Source: Opitutia bacterium
GTDB lineage: Bacteria; Verrucomicrobiota; Verrucomicrobiia; Opitutales; T3Sed10-336
Assembly (NCBI GenBank): GCA_050506795.1
Contig: JBJHCF010000036.1
Coordinates: 1 to 55,471 of the forward strand
Length of the DNA: 55,471 nucleotides
Reading direction: 5' to 3'
The position numbers were made by a program, and so were the translations under genes. Positions 24,392-34,164 of the stretch are shown here, one piece after another; position 1 is the stretch's first letter; each line of letters starts with the position of its first letter. The notes beneath the pieces were generated by a model, which was not told where the DNA came from, ran no database searches, and saw only the letters and a list, made by a program, of their open reading frames with translations.

Positions 24392-25146
24392 AACAAATCA
24401 ATAACATTCTCGAAGACTTCGGCGGCGTCCTGATCCTGTGCGTACGCTCGTTCGCCTACCTCCCCAGTCTTCCCCTGCAATGGCGCCGGTTGATCGAGCA
24501 ATGCTTCCTGATCGGCTACACCACCTTCCCCATCGTGGCCATTCTCAGTTTTTTTATCGGTAGCGTGCTGGCCCTGCAAGCCGGCTACAGCCTGCAGGCC
24601 GTCGCCGGCCAGGACTTTATCGGAGCGCTGGTCGGACTGTCCCTGGCCCGTGAATTGGCGCCGGTGATGACGGCGATTCTGCTGGCGGGACGCGTGGGGT
24701 CGGCCATATCGGCGGAACTGGCCACCATGAAAGTCTACCAGGAAGTGGACGCCCTGGTCACCATGAATATCCCGCCGGAACGAATCCTGGTCCTTCCCCG
24801 CCTGGTGGCGATTCTGCTGATGATGCCCGTGCTGACCATCAGCGCCAATCTGATCGGTTGGCTGGGAGGCGCGGTGATCGCGCAGAACATCGATTTCATC
24901 CAACTTGACCAGCGGATTTATTTCCAGGGCATCCAGAACTTCGTCAAATTCCGGGATATCCTCGACGGGTTGATCAAGGCGGAAATCTTCGGTTTCTTCG
25001 TCATCCTGGTCTCCTGTCACGTGGGCCTGCGCACCACCGGCGGCCCGAGAGAAATCGGGGCCTCCGTCACCCGCGCCGTTGTGATTTCACTGATCCTGAT
25101 CCTCATCCTGGACTACTTCGTCACCAGCGCCCTGATGAAATTCTAA
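24388..25146 (+). CDS. mlaE: MlaE-family ABC permease
   Basis: RELAPVMTAILLAGRVGS, AELATMKV, PRLVA. Confidence 0.93.
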   Translation: MKQINNILEDFGGVLILCVRSFAYLPSLPLQWRRLIEQCFLIGYTTFPIVAILSFFIGSVLALQAGYSLQAVAGQDFIGALVGLSLARELAPVMTAILLAGRVGSAISAELATMKVYQEVDALVTMNIPPERILVLPRLVAILLMMPVLTISANLIGWLGGAVIAQNIDFIQLDQRIYFQGIQNFVKFRDILDGLIKAEIFGFFVILVSCHVGLRTTGGPREIGASVTRAVVISLILILILDYFVTSALMKF

Positions 25147-25159
25147 AGGCAATCGGACC

Positions 25160-25963
25160 ATGAATAAGACTTTGGTGGAAAACGAGGAACGCAAACGAAG
25201 TTCCATCGGCCTGAAGATCGAAAACTTCAGCAAGAGTTACGACTCGGTTCCGGTACTGAAGAACATTTCGCTGGAGGTGAATCCCGGGGAAATATTTGTC
25301 ATTATGGGACCGAGCGGCTCAGGCAAGAGCGTGCTGCTCAAGCACGTGGCGGGCCTGGAGACCCCGACCAACGGGCAGATTATCATCGACGGAAAAAACA
25401 TCGCTGAACCCCGAACGCGCCGCGAACTCTCCATGGCCCTGGTCTTCCAGGCCGGCGCTCTTTTCAATTCCATGACTGTGTTCGACAACCTGGCCCTCTA
25501 TCCCCGGGAACACCGTCTATACGACCGGGCAACCCTCCGCCAGAAGGTGATGCGGGCCCTGGAAACGCTCTCCCTGGAAGACGCGGCCAAAAAGCATCCG
25601 TCCCAACTCAGCGGGGGCATGCGCAAACGGGTGGCCATAGCACGTGCCCTGGTGATGGAGCCGGAGCTTATCCTCTACGACGAACCCACCTCGGAGCTCG
25701 ATCCCACCATGGCCGCCACCATCATCGAAGTGATCGCCGACCTGCGCGAGGAGTTCGGGGTCACCAGCCTGGTGGTCTCGCACGACCGCGACCTGGCCTT
25801 GACGATCGCCGACCGGGTGGCGATCCTGATGCACGGGGATCTGCTGGAAGTCGATACCCCCGCCAATATTAAACGTTCCGAGAATCCCAAAGTTAAGGAT
25901 TTCCTCAACCCGGTTATCGACATAAAGAATCCCCGGTTTAAAAAGAAGGACCAATTGTCATGA
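25160..25963 (+). CDS. mlaF: MlaF-family ABC ATPase
   Basis: GPSGSGKS, LSGGMRKRV, LYDEPTSELDP. Confidence 0.92.
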   Translation: MNKTLVENEERKRSSIGLKIENFSKSYDSVPVLKNISLEVNPGEIFVIMGPSGSGKSVLLKHVAGLETPTNGQIIIDGKNIAEPRTRRELSMALVFQAGALFNSMTVFDNLALYPREHRLYDRATLRQKVMRALETLSLEDAAKKHPSQLSGGMRKRVAIARALVMEPELILYDEPTSELDPTMAATIIEVIADLREEFGVTSLVVSHDRDLALTIADRVAILMHGDLLEVDTPANIKRSENPKVKDFLNPVIDIKNPRFKKKDQLS

Positions 25964-26952
25964 ACCACACCTTGAATACCGCCCGCGTCGGTTTGTTTTT
26001 TCTCCTGGGTCTCGCCCTGATATGGGTCGTTTACCAATCACTGGGAGACGGAACCTTTTTTCGCGAGGAAGGTTACCGCGTATCGGCCCAGTTCGATGAT
26101 TTAAAACAACTCAAACCCGGCGACGAAGTCCGCATGGCCGGAGTGCGAATCGGTTCCGTGACCGAAACGCAGCTGGTCCGCGGCCGCGGTGAAGCGGTCC
26201 TAACCATCAACCCGCAGGTCGAGATCCCGGACGATTCCATCGCCAGCGTCGCCATGGCAGGCTTGTTGGGAAACAATTTCATCTCGATTCAGGTCGGATC
26301 CAGCGAAACCGACCTGGCGGAAGGCTCCGCCATTCAGACACGCGCCACCCTCGACTTCAACGATGCCTTCGCCACTATCGGCGACATCACCTCGAAGGTG
26401 GAGACCTTCTTCGAAGAAATCAGCCGGGCGGTCGCGGTGATCACCGACGACGACGACGGCCTGCTGTCGAACCTCAATGAGGTCGTTCGTGACAACCGCG
26501 ACAATCTGCGGGAAACCCTGGCCAACCTGCGGGAGGTTTCCACCGCTCTGGCCGAAGGCGAAGGCACCCTCGGTCGACTCATTCGCGACGACGAGGCCTA
26601 CGAATCCCTGCTCGGCATCGGCCGCAGCGTGGAGAACGCCGCCGGCAACGCGGAGTTGCTGGTCAGTGACCTGCGCGAGATCGTCGATCAGATCAAAACC
26701 GGTGAAGGTCCCCTGGGCGCGTTGATTTACGACGAAACCACCGGCGAGAATCTGCGGCGTATTGTCCAGAACCTGGGAGAGGTTTCCGACAAACTGGCGG
26801 CCGGCGAAGGCACCCTGGGCAGGCTGCTCGCCGACGAGACCCTGTACCACGACCTGCAGGCGGTCCTCCAAAAAGCCGAGCGCACCATCGACGGTCTGGG
26901 CGACCAGGGCCCCATCACGGCGGTCGGCATCGCCGCCAACGCCCTCTTCTGA
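25960..26952 (+). CDS. mlaD: MCE (MlaD) domain protein with a long helical repeat tail
   Basis: N-terminal TM, VRMAGVRIGSV, GLLG loop, three GEG(T/P)LGxL repeats. Confidence 0.9.
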   Translation: MNHTLNTARVGLFFLLGLALIWVVYQSLGDGTFFREEGYRVSAQFDDLKQLKPGDEVRMAGVRIGSVTETQLVRGRGEAVLTINPQVEIPDDSIASVAMAGLLGNNFISIQVGSSETDLAEGSAIQTRATLDFNDAFATIGDITSKVETFFEEISRAVAVITDDDDGLLSNLNEVVRDNRDNLRETLANLREVSTALAEGEGTLGRLIRDDEAYESLLGIGRSVENAAGNAELLVSDLREIVDQIKTGEGPLGALIYDETTGENLRRIVQNLGEVSDKLAAGEGTLGRLLADETLYHDLQAVLQKAERTIDGLGDQGPITAVGIAANALF

Positions 26953-26968
26953 TCGAGAAGGGCCTCCT

Positions 26969-27352
26969 TCAGCCCAGTTCCAGTTGGGTGGCCTTGAGAG
27001 ATCGCCCGCGGCAGAGACCGACGGGGTATTTGCGGGCGTTCACCTCCAGTTTGGCGCGAATCGCCTGGCCGGGATCGATTCCGGCGATATTGGCCATCTG
27101 CAGCGAATAGATCAGGATATCCGCCAACTCCTCCTCGATACGCGCCCGCGATTCGGAATCCTCGGGCAGGGCGCGCGAATCGTGGCTCTCGCACCAAAGA
27201 AACAACTCCATCAACTCCGCCGATTCCGAAGCAATGGCCATCGACAGGTTCTTCGGGGTATGGAACTGCAACCATTCCCGGTCTTCGGCGAACGCCATGA
27301 CCTCACGGCTGAGTTCATCAAGGTCGGGTTTATTGGGTTTTTTCTTCTTCAT
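26969..27352 (-). CDS. MazG-like nucleotide pyrophosphohydrolase
   Basis: REWLQFHTPKNL, ESAEL, EELADILIY, NARKYP. Confidence 0.9.
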   Translation of the reverse strand: MKKKKPNKPDLDELSREVMAFAEDREWLQFHTPKNLSMAIASESAELMELFLWCESHDSRALPEDSESRARIEEELADILIYSLQMANIAGIDPGQAIRAKLEVNARKYPVGLCRGRSLKATQLELG

Positions 27353-27540
27353 GAATCCCGAAAGGCGATCAACATCAGGAAAAACAAAACCTCCTAGCAG
27401 CCTGTCGGACTTAGGCTGCTAATGGAAATCACGACGGAATGCAGGACATCAGTCCATGCACGGCTCAAGTTTGGTACCAGATTATCCTCTCCAGTGAAAA
27501 CCAAATCCCAAAAAACAAAGGGTTACAGTAAAAGTTATCC

Positions 27541-28647
27541 TCAAATCCCCTTCGCCCGGGTTTGATTCGGAGCGGGGTTGAAGGTCCCGGAAACCACCTG
27601 CCGACTGTTCCAATCGCCGGCATCACGCTCCGGCGGAGCGACCCCGGTGGCGAACACCTGGGCTTCGCCCTCCATCAGACTCCAGAACCGTTCCCGACGA
27701 CCGGCATCCAGTTCACCGGTGACATCATCGAGCAGAATAAGCGGCGTCAGACCGGTCGCATCGCGGGAATGACGGGCTTGCGCGAGGCGTACGGCAACCA
27801 CCAGCGAGCGTTGTTGACCTTCGGATCCGTACCGCGCGGCCTGGCGGTCATCGAGATTGAACTCGATATCATCGCGATGCGGTCCGGTCTGGGTCGCTCC
27901 GAGCCGCATATCCCGTTCGCGCGATTGACGCCAAACCGAGCCCAGCCCGCCGGGCGACACCTCGCCGGCGGCGGAGGGGCGGTAGCGCAAGCCGGCCGTT
28001 TCACGGTCACCGCTCAGAATGCGATAGTGATCCCGCAATCGCTGGTCGAGAAGCGAGATCTCCCGGGTCCGGGCCTCGATGAGCAACGCCGCCGGTGCCT
28101 CCATTTCCTTTTCGAATGCGCTCATTTGTTCGGGAGCGGCCCGGCGCTTGAGCAACGCGTTGCGCGCCGCCAGGGCGCGGTGGTACTTCTGCAACGCGGG
28201 AAAGTATCCCGGTACCGTGACCGACAGGTGCAGGTCCATCCAGCGACGGCGCAGACCGGGGGCTCCCCGCACCAGGAGCAAATCGCCGGACGAAAAGACC
28301 ACCGACGGAAAACGCCCGATCAGATCCGCCAACCGCCCCACCCGGTCTTCCTCCCACTGAACGGTCCGGCTGCCATCGCTGCTGATGCGCACGTTAATGC
28401 GGGTCGGACCGAAGGTCTCGTGTTCCAGCCGGTAAGCCACCGCCGCCTCGCGTTCGCCGTCCCGCACCAGAAGCCGGTTGTCGGCGGTGCGGAACGAGCG
28501 CAGGGCGGTCAGGTACCCCAGGCATTCCAGCAGGTTGGTTTTCCCTTGTCCGTTGGCGCCGTGGAAGAAATGTCGCAACCCATCGAACTCGAGTTGCGCC
28601 AACTCGATATTGCGGAAGTTTTGAACCGTAATGCTCCGGAGGATCAC
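27541..28647 (-). CDS. recF: DNA replication/repair protein RecF
   Basis: GTG start at 28647; NFRN, GANGQGKTN, GPHRDD, SEGQQR, LLDDVTGELD. Confidence 0.95.
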   Translation of the reverse strand: MILRSITVQNFRNIELAQLEFDGLRHFFHGANGQGKTNLLECLGYLTALRSFRTADNRLLVRDGEREAAVAYRLEHETFGPTRINVRISSDGSRTVQWEEDRVGRLADLIGRFPSVVFSSGDLLLVRGAPGLRRRWMDLHLSVTVPGYFPALQKYHRALAARNALLKRRAAPEQMSAFEKEMEAPAALLIEARTREISLLDQRLRDHYRILSGDRETAGLRYRPSAAGEVSPGGLGSVWRQSRERDMRLGATQTGPHRDDIEFNLDDRQAARYGSEGQQRSLVVAVRLAQARHSRDATGLTPLILLDDVTGELDAGRRERFWSLMEGEAQVFATGVAPPERDAGDWNSRQVVSGTFNPAPNQTRAKGI

Positions 28648-28657
28648 TGGAACAATC

Positions 28658-29821
28658 TCAGACCGAAATGACGTCGGTAAGCGAGGAGGAAGCGTCGCCG
28701 TCCTCCCAATCCCGGTACACCCCCACCACGGCCGCGGCCAGGGCTCGCCAATCCTCCTCGCCGGTTTCGGGACCGGAGCTGATTCGCACGGCGCGACGAG
28801 CCTCCTCCGGGGCAAACCCCATGGCGGCCAGGACATGCGAGGGCGCTTCGCTGCCGGTGGCGCAGGCCGAACCGGTCGAAACGGCGAAACCCTCCCGGTC
28901 GAGTTTCATCACCCAGCGATGATTCGAATGAACCGGCATGATCAGGAAAGACGTGTTCCAGAGGCGGTCCGACGAACGGCCCGCCACCTTGATCCCGGGA
29001 ATGTCCCGCTCCAGCGCCGCTTCGAAGGCGTCGCGCCAGGCCGCCCGTCCGGCAACGTCGACCTTCTCCGTTTCCCTCGCCTCCAAAGCCGCCACCATGG
29101 ATACCGCGGCCGGTGGATTCTCGGTTCCGGCGCGCATCCCCATTTCCTGTTCGCCCCCCACCTGGCCGCGAAAGTCGTTCCAGGCCCCGGGAACGCGGAG
29201 AAATCCGACCCCCTTTGGGCCGCCGAATTTGTGGCCGGATCCGGTCATAAACCCCCATGCCGGCAGATCCCGCCCCGGCAGCTTGCCCAGCCACTGGGCG
29301 GCATCGCAGTGAAACGGCACTCCCGCCTGACGGCAGATCTCCGCGATTTCACCAACGGGCTGCAGCACGCCGGACTCGTTGTTGGCCGCCATCACCGACA
29401 CCAACGCGGGACGTCCGGCCTTGAGGACCTCGGAAGCCGCGTCCGGAGAAACCCGACCGCTCGAATCAGCGGGAAAATAACGCACTTGGTCGCCAAAGTG
29501 ATGCCTCCCCGCATCACGTACGCAGGGATGCTCGACCGGCGAAAGCCAGACCCCCGCATCGGCGTTCTTCCGGCGGGCGAAAAAGGCCAAAATCGCGTTG
29601 TTCGCCTCGGTGGCTCCGGAAGTGAATACGATTTCCCGTTCCTCGCAGCCCAGAATGCCAGCCAACATCGCCCGGCCCTCCTCAAGCCGGTTGCGCACCC
29701 GCGCCGCCGCGCGGTAGGGACTGGACGGATTGTGCCAGAACCCGTCCGCCATCTCCAGCCAGGTCTCCCGCGCCACCGCGGACATGGGTGTGGTGGCATT
29801 GTGATCGAAATAGCGCATCAA
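28658..29821 (-). CDS. Cysteine desulfurase (NifS/IscS-type)
   Basis: YFDHNATTP, FTSGATE, HCDAAQ, HKFGGPKG, STGSAC. Confidence 0.92.
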   Translation of the reverse strand: MMRYFDHNATTPMSAVARETWLEMADGFWHNPSSPYRAAARVRNRLEEGRAMLAGILGCEEREIVFTSGATEANNAILAFFARRKNADAGVWLSPVEHPCVRDAGRHHFGDQVRYFPADSSGRVSPDAASEVLKAGRPALVSVMAANNESGVLQPVGEIAEICRQAGVPFHCDAAQWLGKLPGRDLPAWGFMTGSGHKFGGPKGVGFLRVPGAWNDFRGQVGGEQEMGMRAGTENPPAAVSMVAALEARETEKVDVAGRAAWRDAFEAALERDIPGIKVAGRSSDRLWNTSFLIMPVHSNHRWVMKLDREGFAVSTGSACATGSEAPSHVLAAMGFAPEEARRAVRISSGPETGEEDWRALAAAVVGVYRDWEDGDASSSLTDVISV

Positions 29822-30714
29822 TCCATGGGAATCCGCAAAGTCATCCCGGCCCGGATCGCGTTTGGATTGGGGAGACGATCGCGGTTGGCTTCATAGATTT
29901 CGGTCCAGCGGCTGTTGGTTCCGTAGAACTGGCGACTGATCGCGTACAGGCTGTCGCCCTCGCGCACGGTGTAGGTTTGCATCCGCTGACCAGTGTCGCG
30001 GTTCGCCGTGGTTTGGGTGTCCCGCGGTGCGGGTTCCGCGGCCTGCCGCGGCGGGTTCGCCGGCGCGGCGGACGATGTCGTTCCGGCGCCGGCCAACAGC
30101 TCCGCGCGTCTCCGGGAGGCTTCGAGCTGACGGGCGGCCTCGCCGGCTTGCGCCGCCAGGCGATCGCGTTCCTCCCGCAACCGCTCGATTTCCGCCTGCA
30201 AGCTGCGATTCCGATTCTCCAGTTCCTCCACCGAAGCGATCAGGTCGAGCCGCTCCATCGGGTATTGCAGCGGATTGGCCGGCAGGGTGCGGACCAGTTC
30301 CCTCATGGCACGATCGATCTGGCCGCGGACCAGGTCCGCCTGCGGCGAATGCGGCATCTGCTCCAGGTAACGGCGAAAATGATAAATGGCTTCGACTGGT
30401 TCGTCGAGACGGCTCAGATAAATATCCGCCACTTCCAGATGGGATTCGGCCGCGTCACCCGGACGGCGCTCAATCACCCGCAGGAAGGCATTCAGAGCGT
30501 CCTCATGACGACCCTCGCGCAGCAGTTGTTTGCCCCGCTGAAACGCCCGTTCCCGCTCTTCGGTCACCGCGTCGCCGCGCTCGTACAGCCCGCATCCTGT
30601 CAAAGTCAACGCGCACAGAACCAGCACCGCCCCGAACGATCGCCAGGCGGTGTTAAAACCACGGCGATCGCTCTCCCGGCAATTTAGCGTTTTCTCTACG
30701 GTCTGTTCCTGCAT
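29818..30714 (-). CDS. TPR + coiled-coil + LysM lipoprotein
   Basis: LTGC lipobox, TPR-like helices, C-terminal YTVREGDSLYAISRQFYG; start uncertain. Confidence 0.85.
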   Translation of the reverse strand: MQEQTVEKTLNCRESDRRGFNTAWRSFGAVLVLCALTLTGCGLYERGDAVTEERERAFQRGKQLLREGRHEDALNAFLRVIERRPGDAAESHLEVADIYLSRLDEPVEAIYHFRRYLEQMPHSPQADLVRGQIDRAMRELVRTLPANPLQYPMERLDLIASVEELENRNRSLQAEIERLREERDRLAAQAGEAARQLEASRRRAELLAGAGTTSSAAPANPPRQAAEPAPRDTQTTANRDTGQRMQTYTVREGDSLYAISRQFYGTNSRWTEIYEANRDRLPNPNAIRAGMTLRIPMD

Positions 30715-30746
30715 TATAACAACCACTCAATTCCGCCCGTCAGCTT

Positions 30747-31790
30747 ATGACAAAGACAAAGGACGACACAACAGGATTTCATCCTCCAAGTCCAAGCGAG
30801 AATCGCCTGGACTCGGAGCAAATTATTCACCGCGCCGGGCAGTGCCTGCAGATTGAAATCGACGCCATTCAGGCCACCCGTCGCGGACTCGGCGCGGAGT
30901 TTGTCCAGGTGGTGCGGGAAATCGACGCCTGTCTGGTCGCCGGTCGAAAACTGATCTTCACCGGAGTGGGAAAATCCGCTCACATTTGCCAGAAGCTCGT
31001 GGGCACCTTCAACAGCATCACCGCCCGTTCCAGCTTTCTCGATTCCACCCAGGCCCTGCACGGGGATCTGGGACTCTGTGTGGATGGAGACCTGGCGATT
31101 CTGGTCAGCAACAGCGGAGAAACGGAAGAGCTCCTGCGTCTGGCGCCCATCCTTCGACGCCTGGGCCTGAAAACCGCGGCCATGACTTCGCAGCCGGAAT
31201 CCGCCCTGTGTGAAATCTGTGATCTGGCGATCTATTTCCGCGTGCCCCGCGAAGCCTGTCCCCTGCACCTCGCTCCCACCGCCAGCACCACCGCCAGCCT
31301 GGCGTTGGGCGATGCCCTGGCCATGGTGTATCTGGAGATGAAAGGGTTCACGGAAAAGGACTTTGCCCGGTTCCACCCCGCGGGCAACCTCGGCCGCAGC
31401 CTGCTGCTCCGGGTCGCCGACATCATGCGCTCGGGCACACGTTTTCCAGTGCTTCCGGAGACCGCCGTCACCCGGGAAGCGATCCTGGCCATGACCCGTG
31501 CCAAAGCCGGATCCCTCGCCCTGGTCAGCGCAGAAAGCCAACGGCTCAGCGGCATCTTCACCGACGGCGACTTTCGTCGCGCCACCGTGCAAAGCAACGA
31601 TTGCCTGGACCGCCCGGTGGCTGAATTCATGACCCGCAATCCCAAAACGATCGAAGCCGAAGCTATGGCGGTGGAAGCGCTGAAGCTCTTCGAGAAATAC
31701 CGCATCGACGATCTGATCGTGGTCGACCGCTCCGGCGTTCCGGTGGGCGTGATCGACAATCAGGACCTGCCGCGCCTGCGCATTATCTGA
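30747..31790 (+). CDS. kdsD: Arabinose-5-phosphate isomerase (KpsF/GutQ family)
   Basis: GVGKS, HGDLG, SNSGET, APTAST, FHPAG, C-terminal CBS pair. Confidence 0.93.
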   Translation: MTKTKDDTTGFHPPSPSENRLDSEQIIHRAGQCLQIEIDAIQATRRGLGAEFVQVVREIDACLVAGRKLIFTGVGKSAHICQKLVGTFNSITARSSFLDSTQALHGDLGLCVDGDLAILVSNSGETEELLRLAPILRRLGLKTAAMTSQPESALCEICDLAIYFRVPREACPLHLAPTASTTASLALGDALAMVYLEMKGFTEKDFARFHPAGNLGRSLLLRVADIMRSGTRFPVLPETAVTREAILAMTRAKAGSLALVSAESQRLSGIFTDGDFRRATVQSNDCLDRPVAEFMTRNPKTIEAEAMAVEALKLFEKYRIDDLIVVDRSGVPVGVIDNQDLPRLRII

Positions 31791-31797
31791 TAGAACG

Positions 31798-32064
31798 TCA
31801 CCGCTCCAGCAAACTCTCCTGGCCGGGGATGTGGAAATGCTTTCGTTTCAGGCTGGCGGCACGTTTTCCGCAGGGCCGAGGGTGTAGCCCGTACCCGCAG
31901 CGCGGGCAGTGAAAATGCCGGGGATGAAATAGAATCCACACCGCTACCGGTATCAGCACCACAGAGCAAAAAAAGAGGGTAATCACCAGCTTGTCCCCCC
32001 GGGTGAAGAATTTCTTCAGCGACTCTTTTCGGCATCGCGGACACTGAGGTCGTGAAGCAGTCAT
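31798..32064 (-). CDS. Small CxxC-TM-CxxC protein
   Basis: CPRC, hydrophobic segment, HFHCPRC. Confidence 0.6.
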   Translation of the reverse strand: MTASRPQCPRCRKESLKKFFTRGDKLVITLFFCSVVLIPVAVWILFHPRHFHCPRCGYGLHPRPCGKRAASLKRKHFHIPGQESLLER

Positions 32065-32103
32065 CGGTGTTTTTAGATAACCGATAATCGGCTTATTTTC
32101 AAC

Positions 32104-33108
32104 TTAATCCGAACGCGCCCAGGCGGAAAAACTTTCCGGACGTGAGTCCCAGGTAATGGCGTTGTGGTTGCTCAGCAGCAACTTTCGGCCATCGTAACGG
32201 GCCGGATCGACCCAAAGCAGCCAGCAGCGTTTTTCCCGGTTTCCCTGAATTTCCCGGTCCACCATGGCAAGGATCGCCTTCTGTTCCCCTTTCGAGACGT
32301 TCAGGGCAAATTCGCCGTTGGCGTCGGTACGAACCATGTCCGTGAATTCCGGAAGATCCTGAAAGAAATCGAAGATGGTGGGAAAGGCCTCCCGCGACGC
32401 CACGGCCTCGCGCCAAGGGGCTTCCGCCTCCGCCTCCGCCGCCTGACGCGCCTCCAGTTCCGCCCGCAGGGAATTGAGCTCTTCCTCCCAGCGCAACAAT
32501 TGGGCATTGAGCTCCTCTTCGATGGCCTCGATGGCTTGTTCCAGGTTCCGGTTCTGGGTTCCCAGGGCCTCCCGCCACGCCTCCCGTTCCGATCGGTTCA
32601 TGGAAAACCAACGCTCCCGGCGCTCGCTGAAAGCCTGGTACTCCTCGCGGGTGGGAATCCCCTCCGGCGGCTGCGGCGTTTCGGTAAGGTCGATAATAAA
32701 GGCTTCGTTCTGCCGAATACTTCCCCGGTGATCGGCGATTCTCCGCCCGAGCTCCCGCTCCAGCGCCTCCCTTTCCCGCGCCACTTCGTCGCGGCGCTGC
32801 CGCAGACGGGCTTCGGCCTCTTCCCGGGCGGTGATCGCCACGTCGTGCTGCGCCTTCTTCTCAGCTTCCCGGTCGGCCAGCAAGCCCATGCGGGCGTCGA
32901 TGACCTCCTCGCGATCCCGCAGAAAACGCCGCATGTCGGACCGGTCGAAAACCCGCACCGCCACCAGGCTCAGGAGCTGGCTGTCGCCATCGGGCATCAT
33001 CAGGAAAACCTGCCCGGACACCTCCACCTCGCCCGTTTCAGGCGAGCAGGCGGAAGCGAGCATCAGGGAAAGAAGAACAGATCCGGAAAAAATAGAACGC
33101 CACGGCAT
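32104..33108 (-). CDS. Hypothetical coiled-coil lipoprotein
   Basis: LASAC lipobox; long E/R/A-rich helix between beta-rich ends. Confidence 0.7.
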   Translation of the reverse strand: MPWRSIFSGSVLLSLMLASACSPETGEVEVSGQVFLMMPDGDSQLLSLVAVRVFDRSDMRRFLRDREEVIDARMGLLADREAEKKAQHDVAITAREEAEARLRQRRDEVAREREALERELGRRIADHRGSIRQNEAFIIDLTETPQPPEGIPTREEYQAFSERRERWFSMNRSEREAWREALGTQNRNLEQAIEAIEEELNAQLLRWEEELNSLRAELEARQAAEAEAEAPWREAVASREAFPTIFDFFQDLPEFTDMVRTDANGEFALNVSKGEQKAILAMVDREIQGNREKRCWLLWVDPARYDGRKLLLSNHNAITWDSRPESFSAWARSD

Positions 33109-33189
33109 AAAACGGAAAGAATGGTGGATTCGGCGGCAGTTGAAAAGAAAATCCTCACGCGGGAAACAGCCCGATTTACCCCTCACATC

Positions 33190-33999
33190 TTAGCGGCGCT
33201 GACGCGGGGGCGCGGGCGGCGGAGGACGCTCCGGAGCCTTTTCTCCTTTGATTTCGATCAGCTCGGCATGAAAGCTGCCCACGGCCACCTTGCTGGAGAG
33301 CCGAACGGGAATACGCCGGTCATCGTCGCTCACCCATATGCGCAGGGTGGCGTCGTCACTTTCCTCGAAAACACCGCCGACCTCACGCATGTCCGGCTCC
33401 ACCAGCCTGGTTTCGAAGCGGCCGGCCGGAACCCGGATAGTCTCGCGACCGCGCAGGCGGCCTTCGCCCAACTGCACCCCTTTCCCATCGGTCACATTGA
33501 TCTGCACGCGACCGTTGTCCCCGAAGGGCAGGGTCCGAAAAACGTAAAACACCGAAAGGGGATCAAAAGTGCCCGGCTCCAGCTGGATCGGCTCCTGCTC
33601 CCGGCCGAAATTGGAATAGAGCGCGGTACCGGCTTCGCGATCGAAGGTCACCTTGATATCCCGTTCGTGCCGGCCCTCCTGTTGCTTTTTCTTGTACAGA
33701 GCGGAGCCGCTCAGGTCACTGAACACATAGGCGTCAATCCGGTCGCGCACCCGGTAAATCCGGTCGAGGACGGAGTTGGTGCGTACCGTAAGGGAAAAAT
33801 GATACACTTCCTCCCCTTCCACCTCGGACATGGGATGCACCTCCAACACCGCCGTCCCGGCCGAAATCACACCCCAGCGCAGATTAAAGGTCAACTTCTC
33901 CCCCGGCTCGAATGGAAAATTCGCCGCCTCCGCGCGGGCAACACCGGCCCCGAAAACCAGCAGAAGGAATACGGTAACAATGGAACGCAGTTTTCTCAT
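33190..33999 (-). CDS. DUF3108-like exported protein
   Basis: Signal peptide; GEKLTF, DPLSVFY, VPAGRFET, IWVSDD.RRIPV. Confidence 0.85.
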   Translation of the reverse strand: MRKLRSIVTVFLLLVFGAGVARAEAANFPFEPGEKLTFNLRWGVISAGTAVLEVHPMSEVEGEEVYHFSLTVRTNSVLDRIYRVRDRIDAYVFSDLSGSALYKKKQQEGRHERDIKVTFDREAGTALYSNFGREQEPIQLEPGTFDPLSVFYVFRTLPFGDNGRVQINVTDGKGVQLGEGRLRGRETIRVPAGRFETRLVEPDMREVGGVFEESDDATLRIWVSDDDRRIPVRLSSKVAVGSFHAELIEIKGEKAPERPPPPAPPRQRR

Positions 34000-34164
34000 G
34001 ATGCAATAATTACGGCGACCTCTCCGTGACCACAGAGACACTCCAATTCGCTTCAGGTGTCCTCGATGCCGTTTTTTTTTGCTCGGGGCATGGATTTTTC
34101 CGCGGACCGGCATACACTGACACAGCAATTGCCAACGCCTTAACCAGTTCAACCGTACTGCTAT

